Notes: generated by a model not told the origin, from the letters alone. A stretch of DNA of 64,000 bases from an uncultured Bdellovibrionales bacterium (GCA_964543475.1 CAZIYJ010000012.1:25951-89950); one strand, 5' to 3'. Numbered from the stretch's first letter, positions 37,989-48,080 are shown. Made by a program: numbers and translations.

Positions 37989-39248
37989 ATGAGCAAGCTA
38001 CAACCAGTACGAGGTACGAGAGATCTGTTGGCCGATGAGGCGCGCAGGCATCGACATGTGGTTGAGACGTCGCTTGAGGTGGCGCAGCTTTATGGGTTTG
38101 AGCCGATTGAGACGCCGATTTTAGAACCGGTCGCGGTGTTTTCGCGAACGCTTGGTGATACTTCCGACATCGTGACAAAGCAGATGTACAACTTCACTGA
38201 TAAAGGTGGCGACGAAGTAGTGCTTCGACCTGAGGGTACCGCCGGTGTTGCGCGTGCGTTTATCAACGCTGGTCTTGCGCAGAATACTCCCGTGAAAGTT
38301 ATGTACTCGGGCCCGATGTTTCGATACGAGCGGCCACAAAAAGGTCGCTATCGACAGTTTTCGCAAATGGGCGTTGAGTTACTCGGAAGCGATAAGCCTC
38401 AGGCTGATATTGAAGTACTAGCTATGGGTGCCCAAATCCTGAAGACGCTGGGCCTCACCGAGCCGAAACTGCTAATCAATACGATCGGTGATAAAGAGTC
38501 GCGCGCAAAATATCGCGACGCCCTTGTTGCCTATTTTAAAACGCGCATCTCAGAACTAAGTGAAGATTCGAAATCTCGTCTCGAGAAAAATCCGTTAAGG
38601 ATTTTGGATTCAAAAGACGAGGGTGATCGAAAAGTTTTGCAAAACGCGCCTGCGTTCGAAAAGTTTTTGAATGAAGAGTCAAAAACGTTTTTTGCAAAGG
38701 TACTCGAAGGCCTAAAAGCTCTCGGCATCGCCTACGAAGTCGACCCAATGCTCGTTCGCGGTCTCGATTACTACTGCCACACCGTCTTTGAGTTCACGAC
38801 GACGACACTAGGCTCACAGAACGCAGTTCTAAGCGGTGGCCGATACGATCAACTGATTGAAGATATGGGTGGCCCTTACACACCAGGCGTTGGCTGGGCT
38901 GCGGGAGTTGATCGATTAGCGATGATGCTCGAGTCTACTCCTCCGCAAAAATCGATCGTTTCGATCATTCCAGCAAGTGAAGGTCAGGAAGAGTTCGCAC
39001 TTAAACTGATGCAACAACTTCGTGAGAGCGGAATCGCAACCGACATGGCCTACTCTGGCAACATGGGTAAGCGCATGAAGAGAGCTGATAAGATCAACTC
39101 TCCCCTTGCTGTGATCATCGGCGAAGACGAAATAAAAAATGGCTCAGCTACAGTAAAAGATCTAAAGGCCGGCACACAACAGACGGTTCGGTTTGATGAA
39201 CTCGCTGAAAAGCTTGGCCGCATGAGCAGCGCCCGCACAAGCCGATAG
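37989..39248 (+). CDS. hisS: Histidine--tRNA ligase
   Basis: VRGTRDLL, MFRYERPQKGRYRQFSQ and LSGGRYDQL, with a C-terminal anticodon-binding domain. 419 aa. Confidence 0.95.
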   Translation: MSKLQPVRGTRDLLADEARRHRHVVETSLEVAQLYGFEPIETPILEPVAVFSRTLGDTSDIVTKQMYNFTDKGGDEVVLRPEGTAGVARAFINAGLAQNTPVKVMYSGPMFRYERPQKGRYRQFSQMGVELLGSDKPQADIEVLAMGAQILKTLGLTEPKLLINTIGDKESRAKYRDALVAYFKTRISELSEDSKSRLEKNPLRILDSKDEGDRKVLQNAPAFEKFLNEESKTFFAKVLEGLKALGIAYEVDPMLVRGLDYYCHTVFEFTTTTLGSQNAVLSGGRYDQLIEDMGGPYTPGVGWAAGVDRLAMMLESTPPQKSIVSIIPASEGQEEFALKLMQQLRESGIATDMAYSGNMGKRMKRADKINSPLAVIIGEDEIKNGSATVKDLKAGTQQTVRFDELAEKLGRMSSARTSR

Positions 39249-39385
39249 GTAATCAAGAATACCTATCAAAAAACGACAGCAAACCTGAATAAAATTCAGA
39301 CCCAATTGGATTTTGCCTTGAATCCGAGCGAGGCGAAGAGATCTTTGGTAGGGTCTCTCCATTCTCATTGCCGAATGGAGCCCTA

Positions 39386-40141
39386 ATGCGAACTTTCGTT
39401 TTACTTGCGATAACTCTTTCTTCTATCGTCGCCTCTGCGCAAAACAACGCCGATCAAAATGTCGCCCTTAAGTCGATGCGCGAAATGTATAACGGAACTT
39501 TTATTAACGATGTCGATGGCTCAGCTCGAGCAGCGATCGCAGACGGAAAACTTGTGATCGAGCTCGCGGGCGATATCGCAAAGAGCCTTTTGTACAACAT
39601 CCCGGAAGCAAAAGAGCAGATTCAGTGGATCCCTGCTGACAAAGGTTCATCTTGGTCGAACTACTTCGTGCGAACTGGCTCGAGCATACGCTGCGGGCAT
39701 TACTCAAAGGACCTACTTGCCGATCCATTTCCACGCCTACGCTGCCGACTGACCGTTGATTCAGATGGCGCAGTAAAGGCCTTTGGTGACCGTGCGACCG
39801 GCAAATCTGAATCACACAATAGCAAGTATTTGGACATGTTCTATGGCGACCTCGGCGGAACAACTGGCCCAAGCGGCACGTACGACTTCATGAAAAATAA
39901 GTCACCCGCACAAGTTCATCTTCAAGTTTTCGGACAACCAGCTCTGGATCTATTCAATCAAATGACAAACGTTCCAGAAACTGATGACAACATGGGCCCG
40001 ATAAAAACTAAAATGAAACGCGCCCGACAAATTTGGTGCGCAAAGATGAGCTCACCAGATGGTTTCTCTGATGACCCTGCAAAGAGTGTTAAGTGCCGAA
40101 TCGCTCTAAACTCAAAGGGCAATGCGATTAAAGATCAGTAG
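39386..40141 (+). CDS. Hypothetical secreted protein
   Basis: GGAG lies 5 nt before ATG 39386. Signal peptide MRTFVLLAITLSSIVASAQ. No family recognised. Confidence 0.45.
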   Translation: MRTFVLLAITLSSIVASAQNNADQNVALKSMREMYNGTFINDVDGSARAAIADGKLVIELAGDIAKSLLYNIPEAKEQIQWIPADKGSSWSNYFVRTGSSIRCGHYSKDLLADPFPRLRCRLTVDSDGAVKAFGDRATGKSESHNSKYLDMFYGDLGGTTGPSGTYDFMKNKSPAQVHLQVFGQPALDLFNQMTNVPETDDNMGPIKTKMKRARQIWCAKMSSPDGFSDDPAKSVKCRIALNSKGNAIKDQ

Positions 40142-40159
40142 GCTGTAGCCTTTCGGAAT

Positions 40160-40190
40160 AAAAAAAGCCCACTCTTTCGAGCGGGCTTTT
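40160..40190. terminator. Bidirectional terminator between convergent genes
   Basis: A-run, then GCCCACTC-TTTC-GAGCGGGC (40167-40186, one mismatch), then TTTT. Confidence 0.6.
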
Positions 40191-40219
40191 CGTAGTTTTA
40201 ATTTCTTAAAAAGAAACTA

Positions 40220-40576
40220 TTACTTCAAGTGCTTGCCGATGAGTTTAGTCATCTCAAACATGTTTACAGATTTTTTGCCGAATACTTCTTGAAGTTTCGC
40301 GTCTGCATTGATGTTGCGACGATTTTTAGCATCTTGAAGATTGTGCTTCTTGATGTACTGCCAAAGTTTTTTAACAACTTCAGTGCGTGGTACGTTGCCG
40401 TTACCGATAACTGCACCGAGTGCTGAGCTAACAGTAAGTGGCTTCATGAACGCAGCAGAAGGCTTGCGCTTGCCAGCAGTTTTCTTAGTAGCTGCTTTCT
40501 TAGTAGCTTTTTTAGGAGCTGCTTTCTTAGTTGTTTTCTTTGCAGCTTTCTTCGTAGCTTTTTTCTTCTTAGCCAA
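40220..40576 (-). CDS. SWIB/MDM2-domain protein with Lys/Ala-rich histone-H1-like N-terminal tail
   Basis: TTG 40576 is preceded by AAGGGG with a 6-nt spacer. The tail is AKKKKATKKAAKKTTKKAAPKKATKKAATKK. The SWIB core is PRTEVVKKLWQYIKKHNLQD...RRNINADAKLQEVFG. Confidence 0.7.
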   Translation of the reverse strand: MAKKKKATKKAAKKTTKKAAPKKATKKAATKKTAGKRKPSAAFMKPLTVSSALGAVIGNGNVPRTEVVKKLWQYIKKHNLQDAKNRRNINADAKLQEVFGKKSVNMFEMTKLIGKHLK

Positions 40577-40651
40577 TTTCGACCCCTTTGTTGGTGAAAA
40601 ACAATAACCTTGTGACACAAGAGTTTGCCGAATAGAGGAAAAAATCAAGCA

Positions 40652-41311
40652 TTAGAGTGAGTTTTCCTCGGAGAAATCGATTATTTCTTCATTTTGCAGA
40701 GAGAAAACCCCTGTTTTTGCCTGTAGACCGAGCGCAACCATCACTTCGGCGACCTTATTTGCCCTCACAGGAGTGTATTGTTTGAGGGGACCGACGAGAA
40801 ATTGACGATACAAAGGGGCCATCAAAATGGCCATTTTCTCGAGGGGGCGGCTCTCTTTTCGCTCGCCGATCAACAAGCTCGGCCGCAAAATTACCACCGA
40901 TTCAAAGCCAAGATCTTTGATATCTCTCTCGGTTTCTCCCTTGATCCGACTATAAAATACCTTCGAATTTTCGTCAGCACCGAGGGCACTTACCAGCACA
41001 AACGTTCGCACGCCTGCCCGTTTCGCCGCCCGCGCAAACGCCAACACATAATCATGATCGACCGTCTTAAACGCCTTTTGACTACCCGCCGCTTTGATTG
41101 TTGTCCCCAATGCGCAGAGGGCAACGTCGCAAGACGGAAGCTGCTCGGTATCGAGGGCGCCAAAGGTAATAACGACCTGATTCAGCTTTGGGTGTGAAGG
41201 GAGTGATTTGCGAGCAACACTCACCACCTGATGTACTTCAGGTGAGTCGAGTAGCAATCTCAAAGCGTGAGAGCCAATTAATCCGGTCGCGCCAGCAATT
41301 AAGCATTTCAT
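40652..41311 (-). CDS. NAD(P)H-binding (atypical SDR/HTATIP2-like) oxidoreductase
   Basis: MKCLIAGATGLIGSHAL is a Rossmann motif at the N-terminus. Start ATG 41311 was chosen over the upstream ATG 41362, which would overlap the acs leader. Confidence 0.65.
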   Translation of the reverse strand: MKCLIAGATGLIGSHALRLLLDSPEVHQVVSVARKSLPSHPKLNQVVITFGALDTEQLPSCDVALCALGTTIKAAGSQKAFKTVDHDYVLAFARAAKRAGVRTFVLVSALGADENSKVFYSRIKGETERDIKDLGFESVVILRPSLLIGERKESRPLEKMAILMAPLYRQFLVGPLKQYTPVRANKVAEVMVALGLQAKTGVFSLQNEEIIDFSEENSL

Positions 41312-41415
41312 AGTTAAAAACGTACTTTGATCATGGAGCGATGTCATTAACCTTGATCTCAAACCGATTTCGAATTGAGATTAGAGGGCGCAAATACTTT
41401 GGAGGCTACCCTCAA

Positions 41416-43344
41416 ATGATATTCGATGTTTCTCCTGAATGGAAAAAAAGAGCCTTCATTACTCCTGAAAAGTATCAACAGAAGTATAAGGAGTCGCTCG
41501 AAAACCCCGAGAAATTTTGGGGAGAACAAGCCGAGCGCATTACTTGGTTTCAAAAGTGGAACAAAGTTAAAGACGTAAGTTTCAACTCGCCAGTCAAAAT
41601 CGGCTGGTACTTGGGCGGAAAGCTCAACGTCTCTTATAATTGCATCGATCGCCACCTAAAGACCCGCGCCAACCAAACTGCAATTATTTGGGAGTCCGAC
41701 AACCCAGCTAAAAACTCGCAGAACATTTCGTACCAAAAGCTGCACGACGAGGTTTGCAAACTATCAAACGCGATGCGGGCGATGGGCGTTAAAAAAGGTG
41801 ATCGCGTCACTATTTATATGCCAATGATCCCAGAGGCTTCGTACGCGATGCTTGCATGCACAAGAATCGGTGCGGTTCACTCGGTAATTTTCGGCGGATT
41901 CTCTCCCGACTCAATCGCAGATCGCGTAAATGATTGTGAGTCAGATTTTATTATTACCGCTGACGAAGGCGTAAGAGCTGGTAAGCCGGTACATTTAAAG
42001 CAAAACGTAGAAGCAGCTCTTTTGAAATGTCCTGGCGTCAGACATGTTTTAACCGTGAGACACACCGGAGGCCATGTTCCGTGGGTTGAAGGCCGAGATG
42101 TCTGGTATCACGACGCTGTCAGCGATCAGCCGGCAACTTTTAAGCCCGAGGAGATGGACGCCGAAGATCCAATGTTCATCCTTTACACTTCTGGCTCAAC
42201 GAATAAACCAAAAGGTGTTTTGCATACGACTGGAGGCTATCTCGTCTATGCATCGATGACTCATCAATATGTTTTCGACTACAAAGACGGTGAAATTTAT
42301 TGGTGCACGGCCGATGTTGGCTGGGTCACAGGACACAGTTATATCGTGTACGGGCCACTTGCAAACGGCGCGACCACTTTAATGTTTGAAGGTGTTCCGA
42401 ATTACCCGACTGTTTCGCGGTTTTGGGAAGTGATCGACAAACATAAAGTAAACATCTTCTACACAGCACCCACTGCGATAAGAGCGCTTATGCGTGAGGG
42501 TGAAGCTCCGGTTAAAAAAACCTCTCGTGCATCTCTTCGTCTCTTGGGTTCGGTTGGTGAGCCCATCAATCCAGAAGCATGGCTCTGGTATCACGGAGTT
42601 GTTGGCGATGGCCGCTGCCCGGTTGTTGATACTTGGTGGCAAACAGAAACTGGCGGAATTTTAATTTCTCCGCTGCCTGGCGCGATTGCGCAAAAACCTG
42701 GCTCCGCGACATTACCGTTTTTCGGAATCGTTCCTGAGTTAGTCGATGAAAACGGAAAAGTATTAGAAGGTGCTGCTTCAGGAAACTTATGCATCACTGA
42801 TTCTTGGCCGGGTATGATGCGAACAGTTTTCAAAGATCATGCACGGTTTGAACAGACGTATTTCTCCACTTACAAAGGGAAGTATTTCACTGGCGATGGA
42901 TGCCGCCGCGATGAAGACGGTTACTACTGGATCACAGGACGCGTTGATGACGTACTCAACGTATCTGGCCACCGACTCGGCACTGCCGAAATCGAGTCAG
43001 CATTAGTCGGTCACCCGAAAGTTGCAGAGGCCGCAGTCGTTGGGTATCCGCATGACATTAAAGGTCAGGGCATTTATGCCTATGTCACTTTGAAAACTGG
43101 AGAAGCGCCGAGCGATGAGCTTCGAAAAGAACTCGTTCAATGGGTCAGAAAAGAGATTAGTCCCATTGCAACCCCAGACCTTTTGCAATGGGCACCACAA
43201 TTACCGAAGACGCGCTCCGGAAAAATTATGCGCAGAATTCTTCGCAAAATTGCTGAAAATACTCCTGACCAGCTCGGCGACACATCGACTCTTGCTGATC
43301 CGGGAGTAGTCCAGGACCTTGTTTCGAACCGCCTTAACAAATAG
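41416..43344 (+). CDS. acs: Acetate--CoA ligase (acetyl-CoA synthetase)
   Basis: GGAGG upstream of ATG 41416. [23 protein letters not shown] and the C-terminal [17 protein letters not shown], which includes the regulatory Lys region. 642 aa. Confidence 0.95.
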   Translation: MIFDVSPEWKKRAFITPEKYQQKYKESLENPEKFWGEQAERITWFQKWNKVKDVSFNSPVKIGWYLGGKLNVSYNCIDRHLKTRANQTAIIWESDNPAKNSQNISYQKLHDEVCKLSNAMRAMGVKKGDRVTIYMPMIPEASYAMLACTRIGAVHSVIFGGFSPDSIADRVNDCESDFIITADEGVRAGKPVHLKQNVEAALLKCPGVRHVLTVRHTGGHVPWVEGRDVWYHDAVSDQPATFKPEEMDAEDPMFILYTSGSTNKPKGVLHTTGGYLVYASMTHQYVFDYKDGEIYWCTADVGWVTGHSYIVYGPLANGATTLMFEGVPNYPTVSRFWEVIDKHKVNIFYTAPTAIRALMREGEAPVKKTSRASLRLLGSVGEPINPEAWLWYHGVVGDGRCPVVDTWWQTETGGILISPLPGAIAQKPGSATLPFFGIVPELVDENGKVLEGAASGNLCITDSWPGMMRTVFKDHARFEQTYFSTYKGKYFTGDGCRRDEDGYYWITGRVDDVLNVSGHRLGTAEIESALVGHPKVAEAAVVGYPHDIKGQGIYAYVTLKTGEAPSDELRKELVQWVRKEISPIATPDLLQWAPQLPKTRSGKIMRRILRKIAENTPDQLGDTSTLADPGVVQDLVSNRLNK

Positions 43345-43383
43345 AAGGTTGAGAAAACGTTCGGTCTCCCTCATGCTAGCAGT

Positions 43384-44814
43384 ATGTCAGCATGCGCCTC
43401 GACCAAAGGTACTCAGAGCTATTTTACTAAAGAACGTTCGCGGATAGCGCCCACGGTTCTTGGTGCGACCGGCTTAACAGTTTCTCGTTTCGGATTCGGC
43501 AGCTATCGCATTCACGAACTTGATCCGGATCATCGCGAAGCTTTGAAAAGCGCTTTGCGATCAGGAATCAACCTCATCGATACTTCTTCAAACTACACTG
43601 ATGGCAGTTCAGAAAAATTAATTGGCGAAGTTCTTTCTGAATTGTTCATGGCCGGAGAAATCACGCGAGATCAAGTCGTCATCGTTAGCAAAGCTGGGTA
43701 CGTTCAAGGTAAGAACATGGATTTGGCCAAAGAGAAAAAGTCTCAAGGCCAAGCGTATCCAGAGATGGTCGAGTTCTCGGCCGACTGCTGGCACAATATT
43801 TCTCCGCAGTTTATCGAGGAGCAAATCACGCAATCGCTCAGCCGATTGAAGCTTGAATGTCTCGATGTGTTCTTACTTCACAATCCTGAATACTTTTTAA
43901 AAACGACAACTCAACGCGATGGCTACTACGCAAGAATTCAGCGAGCCTTTGAGCACTTAGAAAAAGAAGTCCAAAAAGGAAGAATTAAATTTTACGGAGT
44001 TTCATCGAATACATTTATTGATGTCGACTCATCTTCTGAATTTACTTCTCTTGCCCGCGTTTACGACGCCGCAGTTGCAGCAGGTGGCGGTAAAGTTAAA
44101 AACTTTGCTGTTGTTCAGTTCCCGTTTAATTTGATCGAGTCAGCTGCGGCGTTAATGAAAAATACGAACCAGCAAACTGTTCTAGAGTTTGCTCGTGACA
44201 AAAAGCTTGGCACTCTCACTAACCGCCCGCTCAATGCCATCATGCGCGGCCGTCTCACTCGCCTTAGTTCGTTTCCGCAGTATGATCAAGTCGAAGTGAA
44301 AGGTCAGCTGCACACGGTAATGGGCCGAGTGATTGAGCTAGAGAAGAAATTCTCAGGCGGAAAACTTCCGCAAGGCTTAATGTGGGGCCAAGCGCTCAAA
44401 CAAGGTTTTCAGCAAATCGAAGATATTTTAATGTGGCGAGAAGTTTTGTTTCACCAAATCCTCCCCTCACTCGATTCTGCTCTTGATCGACTTCAGCCGT
44501 CGCAAGTTCCGTGGGGAAATGAATATCGGACGATTGCATTAGAACTGTTGTCGCTGATGACAAAGAATTTAGAGTCCCTTGGTAACGAGCGCGCATCGCT
44601 CCTATCAGAGCAAATTGTGACGAGCGCTCCTTCTCTAAAAGAAACGCCGACGCTTTCTCAACAAGTTTTAAGAACTTATATTTCGGTACCAGGTGTAAAT
44701 TCTGTACTCGTCGGAATGAAATCAGTGCCTTACGTTGACGACGTTACTCGCATCGGCTCGGTCATCAAGCCCGAAGAAGCTATGCAGCTCCTCTCTGACT
44801 TTAAAAAGCGCTAG
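43384..44814 (+). CDS. Aldo/keto reductase family protein with long C-terminal extension
   Basis: GFGSYRI, NLIDTSSNY, VIVSKAGY and FLLHNPE follow the AKR catalytic-tetrad spacing. Confidence 0.7.
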   Translation: MSACASTKGTQSYFTKERSRIAPTVLGATGLTVSRFGFGSYRIHELDPDHREALKSALRSGINLIDTSSNYTDGSSEKLIGEVLSELFMAGEITRDQVVIVSKAGYVQGKNMDLAKEKKSQGQAYPEMVEFSADCWHNISPQFIEEQITQSLSRLKLECLDVFLLHNPEYFLKTTTQRDGYYARIQRAFEHLEKEVQKGRIKFYGVSSNTFIDVDSSSEFTSLARVYDAAVAAGGGKVKNFAVVQFPFNLIESAAALMKNTNQQTVLEFARDKKLGTLTNRPLNAIMRGRLTRLSSFPQYDQVEVKGQLHTVMGRVIELEKKFSGGKLPQGLMWGQALKQGFQQIEDILMWREVLFHQILPSLDSALDRLQPSQVPWGNEYRTIALELLSLMTKNLESLGNERASLLSEQIVTSAPSLKETPTLSQQVLRTYISVPGVNSVLVGMKSVPYVDDVTRIGSVIKPEEAMQLLSDFKKR

Positions 44815-45526
44815 ACTCTGTTCCCATCAAGCGGTCCCAGAACGTAAAGTACACTGCAAAATTTTTATTGAATGCTTGGTGATGAATCGAATGATGAGTA
44901 GCTGAATAAAAGAGATTTGCGCCGGGAATTTTCTTTCTCATGCCGAGCGGAAGATCGTAACCCAAATGAATGTAGCCGTTATAAAATAACCCGAATATTC
45001 CAAAAATTAGTAACGCCAGCGGATGCCACGGCATTACTAAAGCCAAAATGCCGTAAGGGATCATGTTGAGCAATCCTTCAACGATATGAAAACTGTAAGC
45101 TGACACAGGGGTAATATTGTAAGAGCGATGATGAACGTGATGAACGCTCTTTAAATACGAGTGACTGTGCATGAGCCGATGAGTCCAATAGAACCAAGTG
45201 TCGGTCGCGACCGCAAACGCAAAAATAGTAAAAACAAAATAAGCCAAGCCGTATTCGTTGATATCAAGGTACATCGGTGAGTAATTAAATTTCGTCTTTA
45301 GAAAATAAAGCGCAATCCCGGGAAGAAGATAAATCGATAGACCCATCACTGTTCTCGGAAGTTCAGACCGCGTAATTGGCGCAAGCTGCTTCGGCTGATG
45401 AATTCGAAATCTATTGATGAACTTAGGGCGAATGATCCAAAAAACTAGCACCATCGGACCAAGTACCATTACTGCCCTCAACATAATCGTCATCCAGCGC
45501 TCAGTCAGCATTGTTAACAACTCCAT
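44801..45526 (-). CDS. Fatty acid hydroxylase/sterol desaturase family membrane protein
   Basis: Three histidine boxes: WTHRLMH, HHVHHRS, HHSIHHQ. Confidence 0.75.
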   Translation of the reverse strand: MELLTMLTERWMTIMLRAVMVLGPMVLVFWIIRPKFINRFRIHQPKQLAPITRSELPRTVMGLSIYLLPGIALYFLKTKFNYSPMYLDINEYGLAYFVFTIFAFAVATDTWFYWTHRLMHSHSYLKSVHHVHHRSYNITPVSAYSFHIVEGLLNMIPYGILALVMPWHPLALLIFGIFGLFYNGYIHLGYDLPLGMRKKIPGANLFYSATHHSIHHQAFNKNFAVYFTFWDRLMGTESSAF

Positions 45527-45653
45527 TACCGCCCCCTCGTGAGCAATAAGTAGCTTTGTCTAAAGAATTTCGCCACCTAAATCACCGGACAGATTTCGCG
45601 TTTTCTGTCTTTACCATTGACGAAATAGCCCTCTCCTCCGTACCTATCACTTT

Positions 45654-46181
45654 GTGAATTCTAAGTATGAAAAAACCTTACGCCTAAGTGCCCAGCTCAT
45701 CAGACTCGACGTATTGCACGGCCACTTAGGTTGGAAAGTGACCGATCTTTCTCGAGTTTCAAAAGTGGCTCGGTCAGTGATCTACGAGACACTCGGAGCA
45801 AACAAAAAAGCAATGCTGCATTTTGCATTGAAAATGGTTCTCGAGGAACTTTACGGCCTATCAATTGAACGGCAAAAAGCGCATCAAGATCTCAGCGGTT
45901 TCGATGCCTTTATGCGAAGTCGAGCGTTAGTGAATAGCTTTCCTGAATTACTCTCTTTTTACTTTCGAGGCCGAGATCGCAAAGATGAAATTGGTAAAAT
46001 GATTCAATCGTACGAAAAGAAATATCTGGCTGCTGTTTCTCAGCAAACCGGAGTTACTGAACCATCTGATTTACTATTTGTTCGCACCGTCATTCACGGA
46101 GTTTCACTAGCGCCATTTCTTAGCGATAGCGAAGTACGACAATGCATGACTAAACTCTTTGAGCTTATAAAAAAGAAATAA
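45654..46181 (+). CDS. Putative TetR-like transcriptional regulator
   Basis: N-terminal HTH-like WKVTDLSRVSKVARSVIYETLG. The size and helical C-terminus are consistent with TetR. GTG start. Confidence 0.4.
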   Translation: MNSKYEKTLRLSAQLIRLDVLHGHLGWKVTDLSRVSKVARSVIYETLGANKKAMLHFALKMVLEELYGLSIERQKAHQDLSGFDAFMRSRALVNSFPELLSFYFRGRDRKDEIGKMIQSYEKKYLAAVSQQTGVTEPSDLLFVRTVIHGVSLAPFLSDSEVRQCMTKLFELIKKK

Positions 46182-46874
46182 TTAAGCAGCTTTAGTGAGG
46201 GTTTGGAGCATTTCTTGCTCGATCGCTTCAGCATGACGAGCCCAGAATCTGCGCGCCTGCAAGAAGATCGTAACGAGTTGCGGATCAAACTGGGTTCCAG
46301 AGCAGTCGCGCAACTCTTGCTCCACAACGTCAGCTGGTAAGCCTTTACGGTAAGCTCGGTCCATCGACATAGCATCCCAAGTATCTGCAACTAAAATCAC
46401 TTTTGAAATATAGGGGATCTCATCTCCAGCAACTTTGAATGGATATCCCCGTCCATCAATTCTCTCATGGTGATGCATTATTCCTGGGACTAAATCTTTA
46501 AAGAATTGGTGCTGGCAAAGCGATTCGATCATGTGCACGCTCTTCATAGGATGCGACTTCATGATCTCGTATTCTTCATCAGTGAGCTTGCCTGGCTTGT
46601 TGATAATTGTTGTCGGAACATAGACTTTACCGATGTCGTGAAAGAGTCCGGCATACTCGGCTACTTTTTGCTGATATTCATCTAAGCCAGCAGCCTGTGC
46701 AAGAAGTCGCGATCCGCGACTAACGCGCACGCAGTGGTGAAACGTTTCGGCATCAGTATCTAGAACGCGCTTCATGATCGTGCGCACTTCTTCGAAGACA
46801 GAATCTGGTAACTCAGCGAAATGATTCTTTTGCATCAGATACTTATCGGATTGAGACTGGTTTAATGTAACCAA
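46182..46874 (-). CDS. HD-GYP domain phosphodiesterase (no receiver domain)
   Basis: HHCVRVS, GLFHDIGKV, HPMKS and HHHERIDGRGYP are HD-GYP signatures. Confidence 0.8.
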   Translation of the reverse strand: MVTLNQSQSDKYLMQKNHFAELPDSVFEEVRTIMKRVLDTDAETFHHCVRVSRGSRLLAQAAGLDEYQQKVAEYAGLFHDIGKVYVPTTIINKPGKLTDEEYEIMKSHPMKSVHMIESLCQHQFFKDLVPGIMHHHERIDGRGYPFKVAGDEIPYISKVILVADTWDAMSMDRAYRKGLPADVVEQELRDCSGTQFDPQLVTIFLQARRFWARHAEAIEQEMLQTLTKAA

Positions 46875-46912
46875 AGAACGTTTTATTATGAGACAGTTAC
46901 GTTAAATTTCAT

Positions 46913-46952
46913 TTAACGCACCATTGCTACACTCTGGTAGCAGCTACCTTTT
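46913..46952 (+). repeat. 40-nt repeated element, copy B (between the DUF4123-like gene and the HD-GYP gene)
   Basis: The + strand reads TTAACGCACCATTGCTACACTCTGGTAGCAGCTACCTTTT. It is 38/40 identical to the reverse complement of 27598..27637. Confidence 0.85.
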
Positions 46953-47888
46953 TTATTTCCAGAAGTTTCTGTCGAAATTAAGCACGACCTCTTGCCACAC
47001 AGATTCTGAGACCTGGGAGCTAAGGTATTGCATCTTCGCTAGAGGTGGCGCGGCCGGATCTTCAAGAGCCTGACGAACTTCTGGGTGCTCATAGAAGTTG
47101 GGTGCGATTTCGAACATAAGAGATACGAAGCCCACCATATCAGAGACAGAGATCAAGTTGTATTGACGAGCTCGCTCAAGGGCCATCGCAATTCTTGACT
47201 GAAGTGTTTCAGTGTTGAGGAACTGGACCGACTTTGGATGCGAGCCACGCAAATGCCAATAGACGATTTTAACAAGATCTCTCTCAATTGCTTCAGCACA
47301 CTCCAAAAGCTGGCTTTCGCTAAGCGAAAGTAAGCATTCTTCTGGAGATGGAAGCAGAAAATGATCAACTGGCGGCGAAGTAAAAAGTTGAAGATCTAAG
47401 TTCGCTAAATTTGGCATCCCGATACTTTCGATCGGCCCAAGAAAGACTCGGCGTTCGTCATCTGACCATGTTCGAAGAAGCACTTCGATAACCGAAGGAT
47501 CATGGAAGCGTAAGAAGTATGGGTTTTTATCAGGCCCTTTTGCGATAACGAATTTTTGAAAATGTTCAGCCAAGGCCCAAAGATCAAAATTTGAAACTAC
47601 GAAGAATCCCCAGCGTTCAAGCGGCAGACTCTCTGCCAAATACGAAAAGTTTTTTTCATCTACTTGAACCAACATCGGCGATCGAAAGCGAACTTTATCC
47701 CAAGCAATCATTTCAAAAAAAATGGGATCCGTATCACGAAACTGCAAGGTCGCTGCTTCGAGCTCTAACGGCACTTTTGAGGCCGGATCAATCAACGCAA
47801 ACAACCGTCCGTCGACTGCAGATTTGTGAAGGTGATCGCGGGCGCTCACCGGAGTCTGTACTTGCCGTTTTGCTTGGAAAAATCTCAT
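46953..47888 (-). CDS. DUF4123-like domain protein with C-terminal extension
   Basis: LFALIDPA..., SPMLVQVD, WGFFVVSNFDLWALAEHFQKFVI..., NPYFLRFHDPSVIEVLL and RVFLGPIESI follow the DUF4123 pattern (YAxxDxA, PxLV, fRfyDPrvl, ffGPv). Confidence 0.45.
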   Translation of the reverse strand: MRFFQAKRQVQTPVSARDHLHKSAVDGRLFALIDPASKVPLELEAATLQFRDTDPIFFEMIAWDKVRFRSPMLVQVDEKNFSYLAESLPLERWGFFVVSNFDLWALAEHFQKFVIAKGPDKNPYFLRFHDPSVIEVLLRTWSDDERRVFLGPIESIGMPNLANLDLQLFTSPPVDHFLLPSPEECLLSLSESQLLECAEAIERDLVKIVYWHLRGSHPKSVQFLNTETLQSRIAMALERARQYNLISVSDMVGFVSLMFEIAPNFYEHPEVRQALEDPAAPPLAKMQYLSSQVSESVWQEVVLNFDRNFWK

Positions 47889-48080
47889 CGTTATTTCTTT
47901 TCGGTGATCTGGGCGCCGGCCTTAATTGCAGTAACTGCTCTATAGCAAAACTTCACATCTTTAGCTCACTAGACGTAGGTCAAAATGATGCAAATTTAAT
48001 CGTGCAAACCCCTAAGCTCTTTCTCAGCGAAAGCTGCCGACTTGCATTGAGACGAGGATCGCGATTAAATATTCTTCTTG

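Noticed and set aside
40229-40607. + strand ORFs (65 and 88 aa) opposite the SWIB gene, one with a striking FLVAAFLVAFLGAAFLVVFFAAFFVAFFF repeat.
   Set aside because: This is the antisense reading of the Lys/Ala-rich (AAG/GCT) tail of the SWIB protein. It is a compositional artefact.
27598-46952. The 19-kb segment bounded by the inverted 40-nt repeats as a mobile or invertible element.
   Set aside because: The interval contains core housekeeping genes (pdxJ, hisS, acs, nrnA). It has no recombinase, integrase or transposase, and the repeats sit in ordinary gene leaders or spacers. A regulatory or dispersed-repeat explanation is more plausible.
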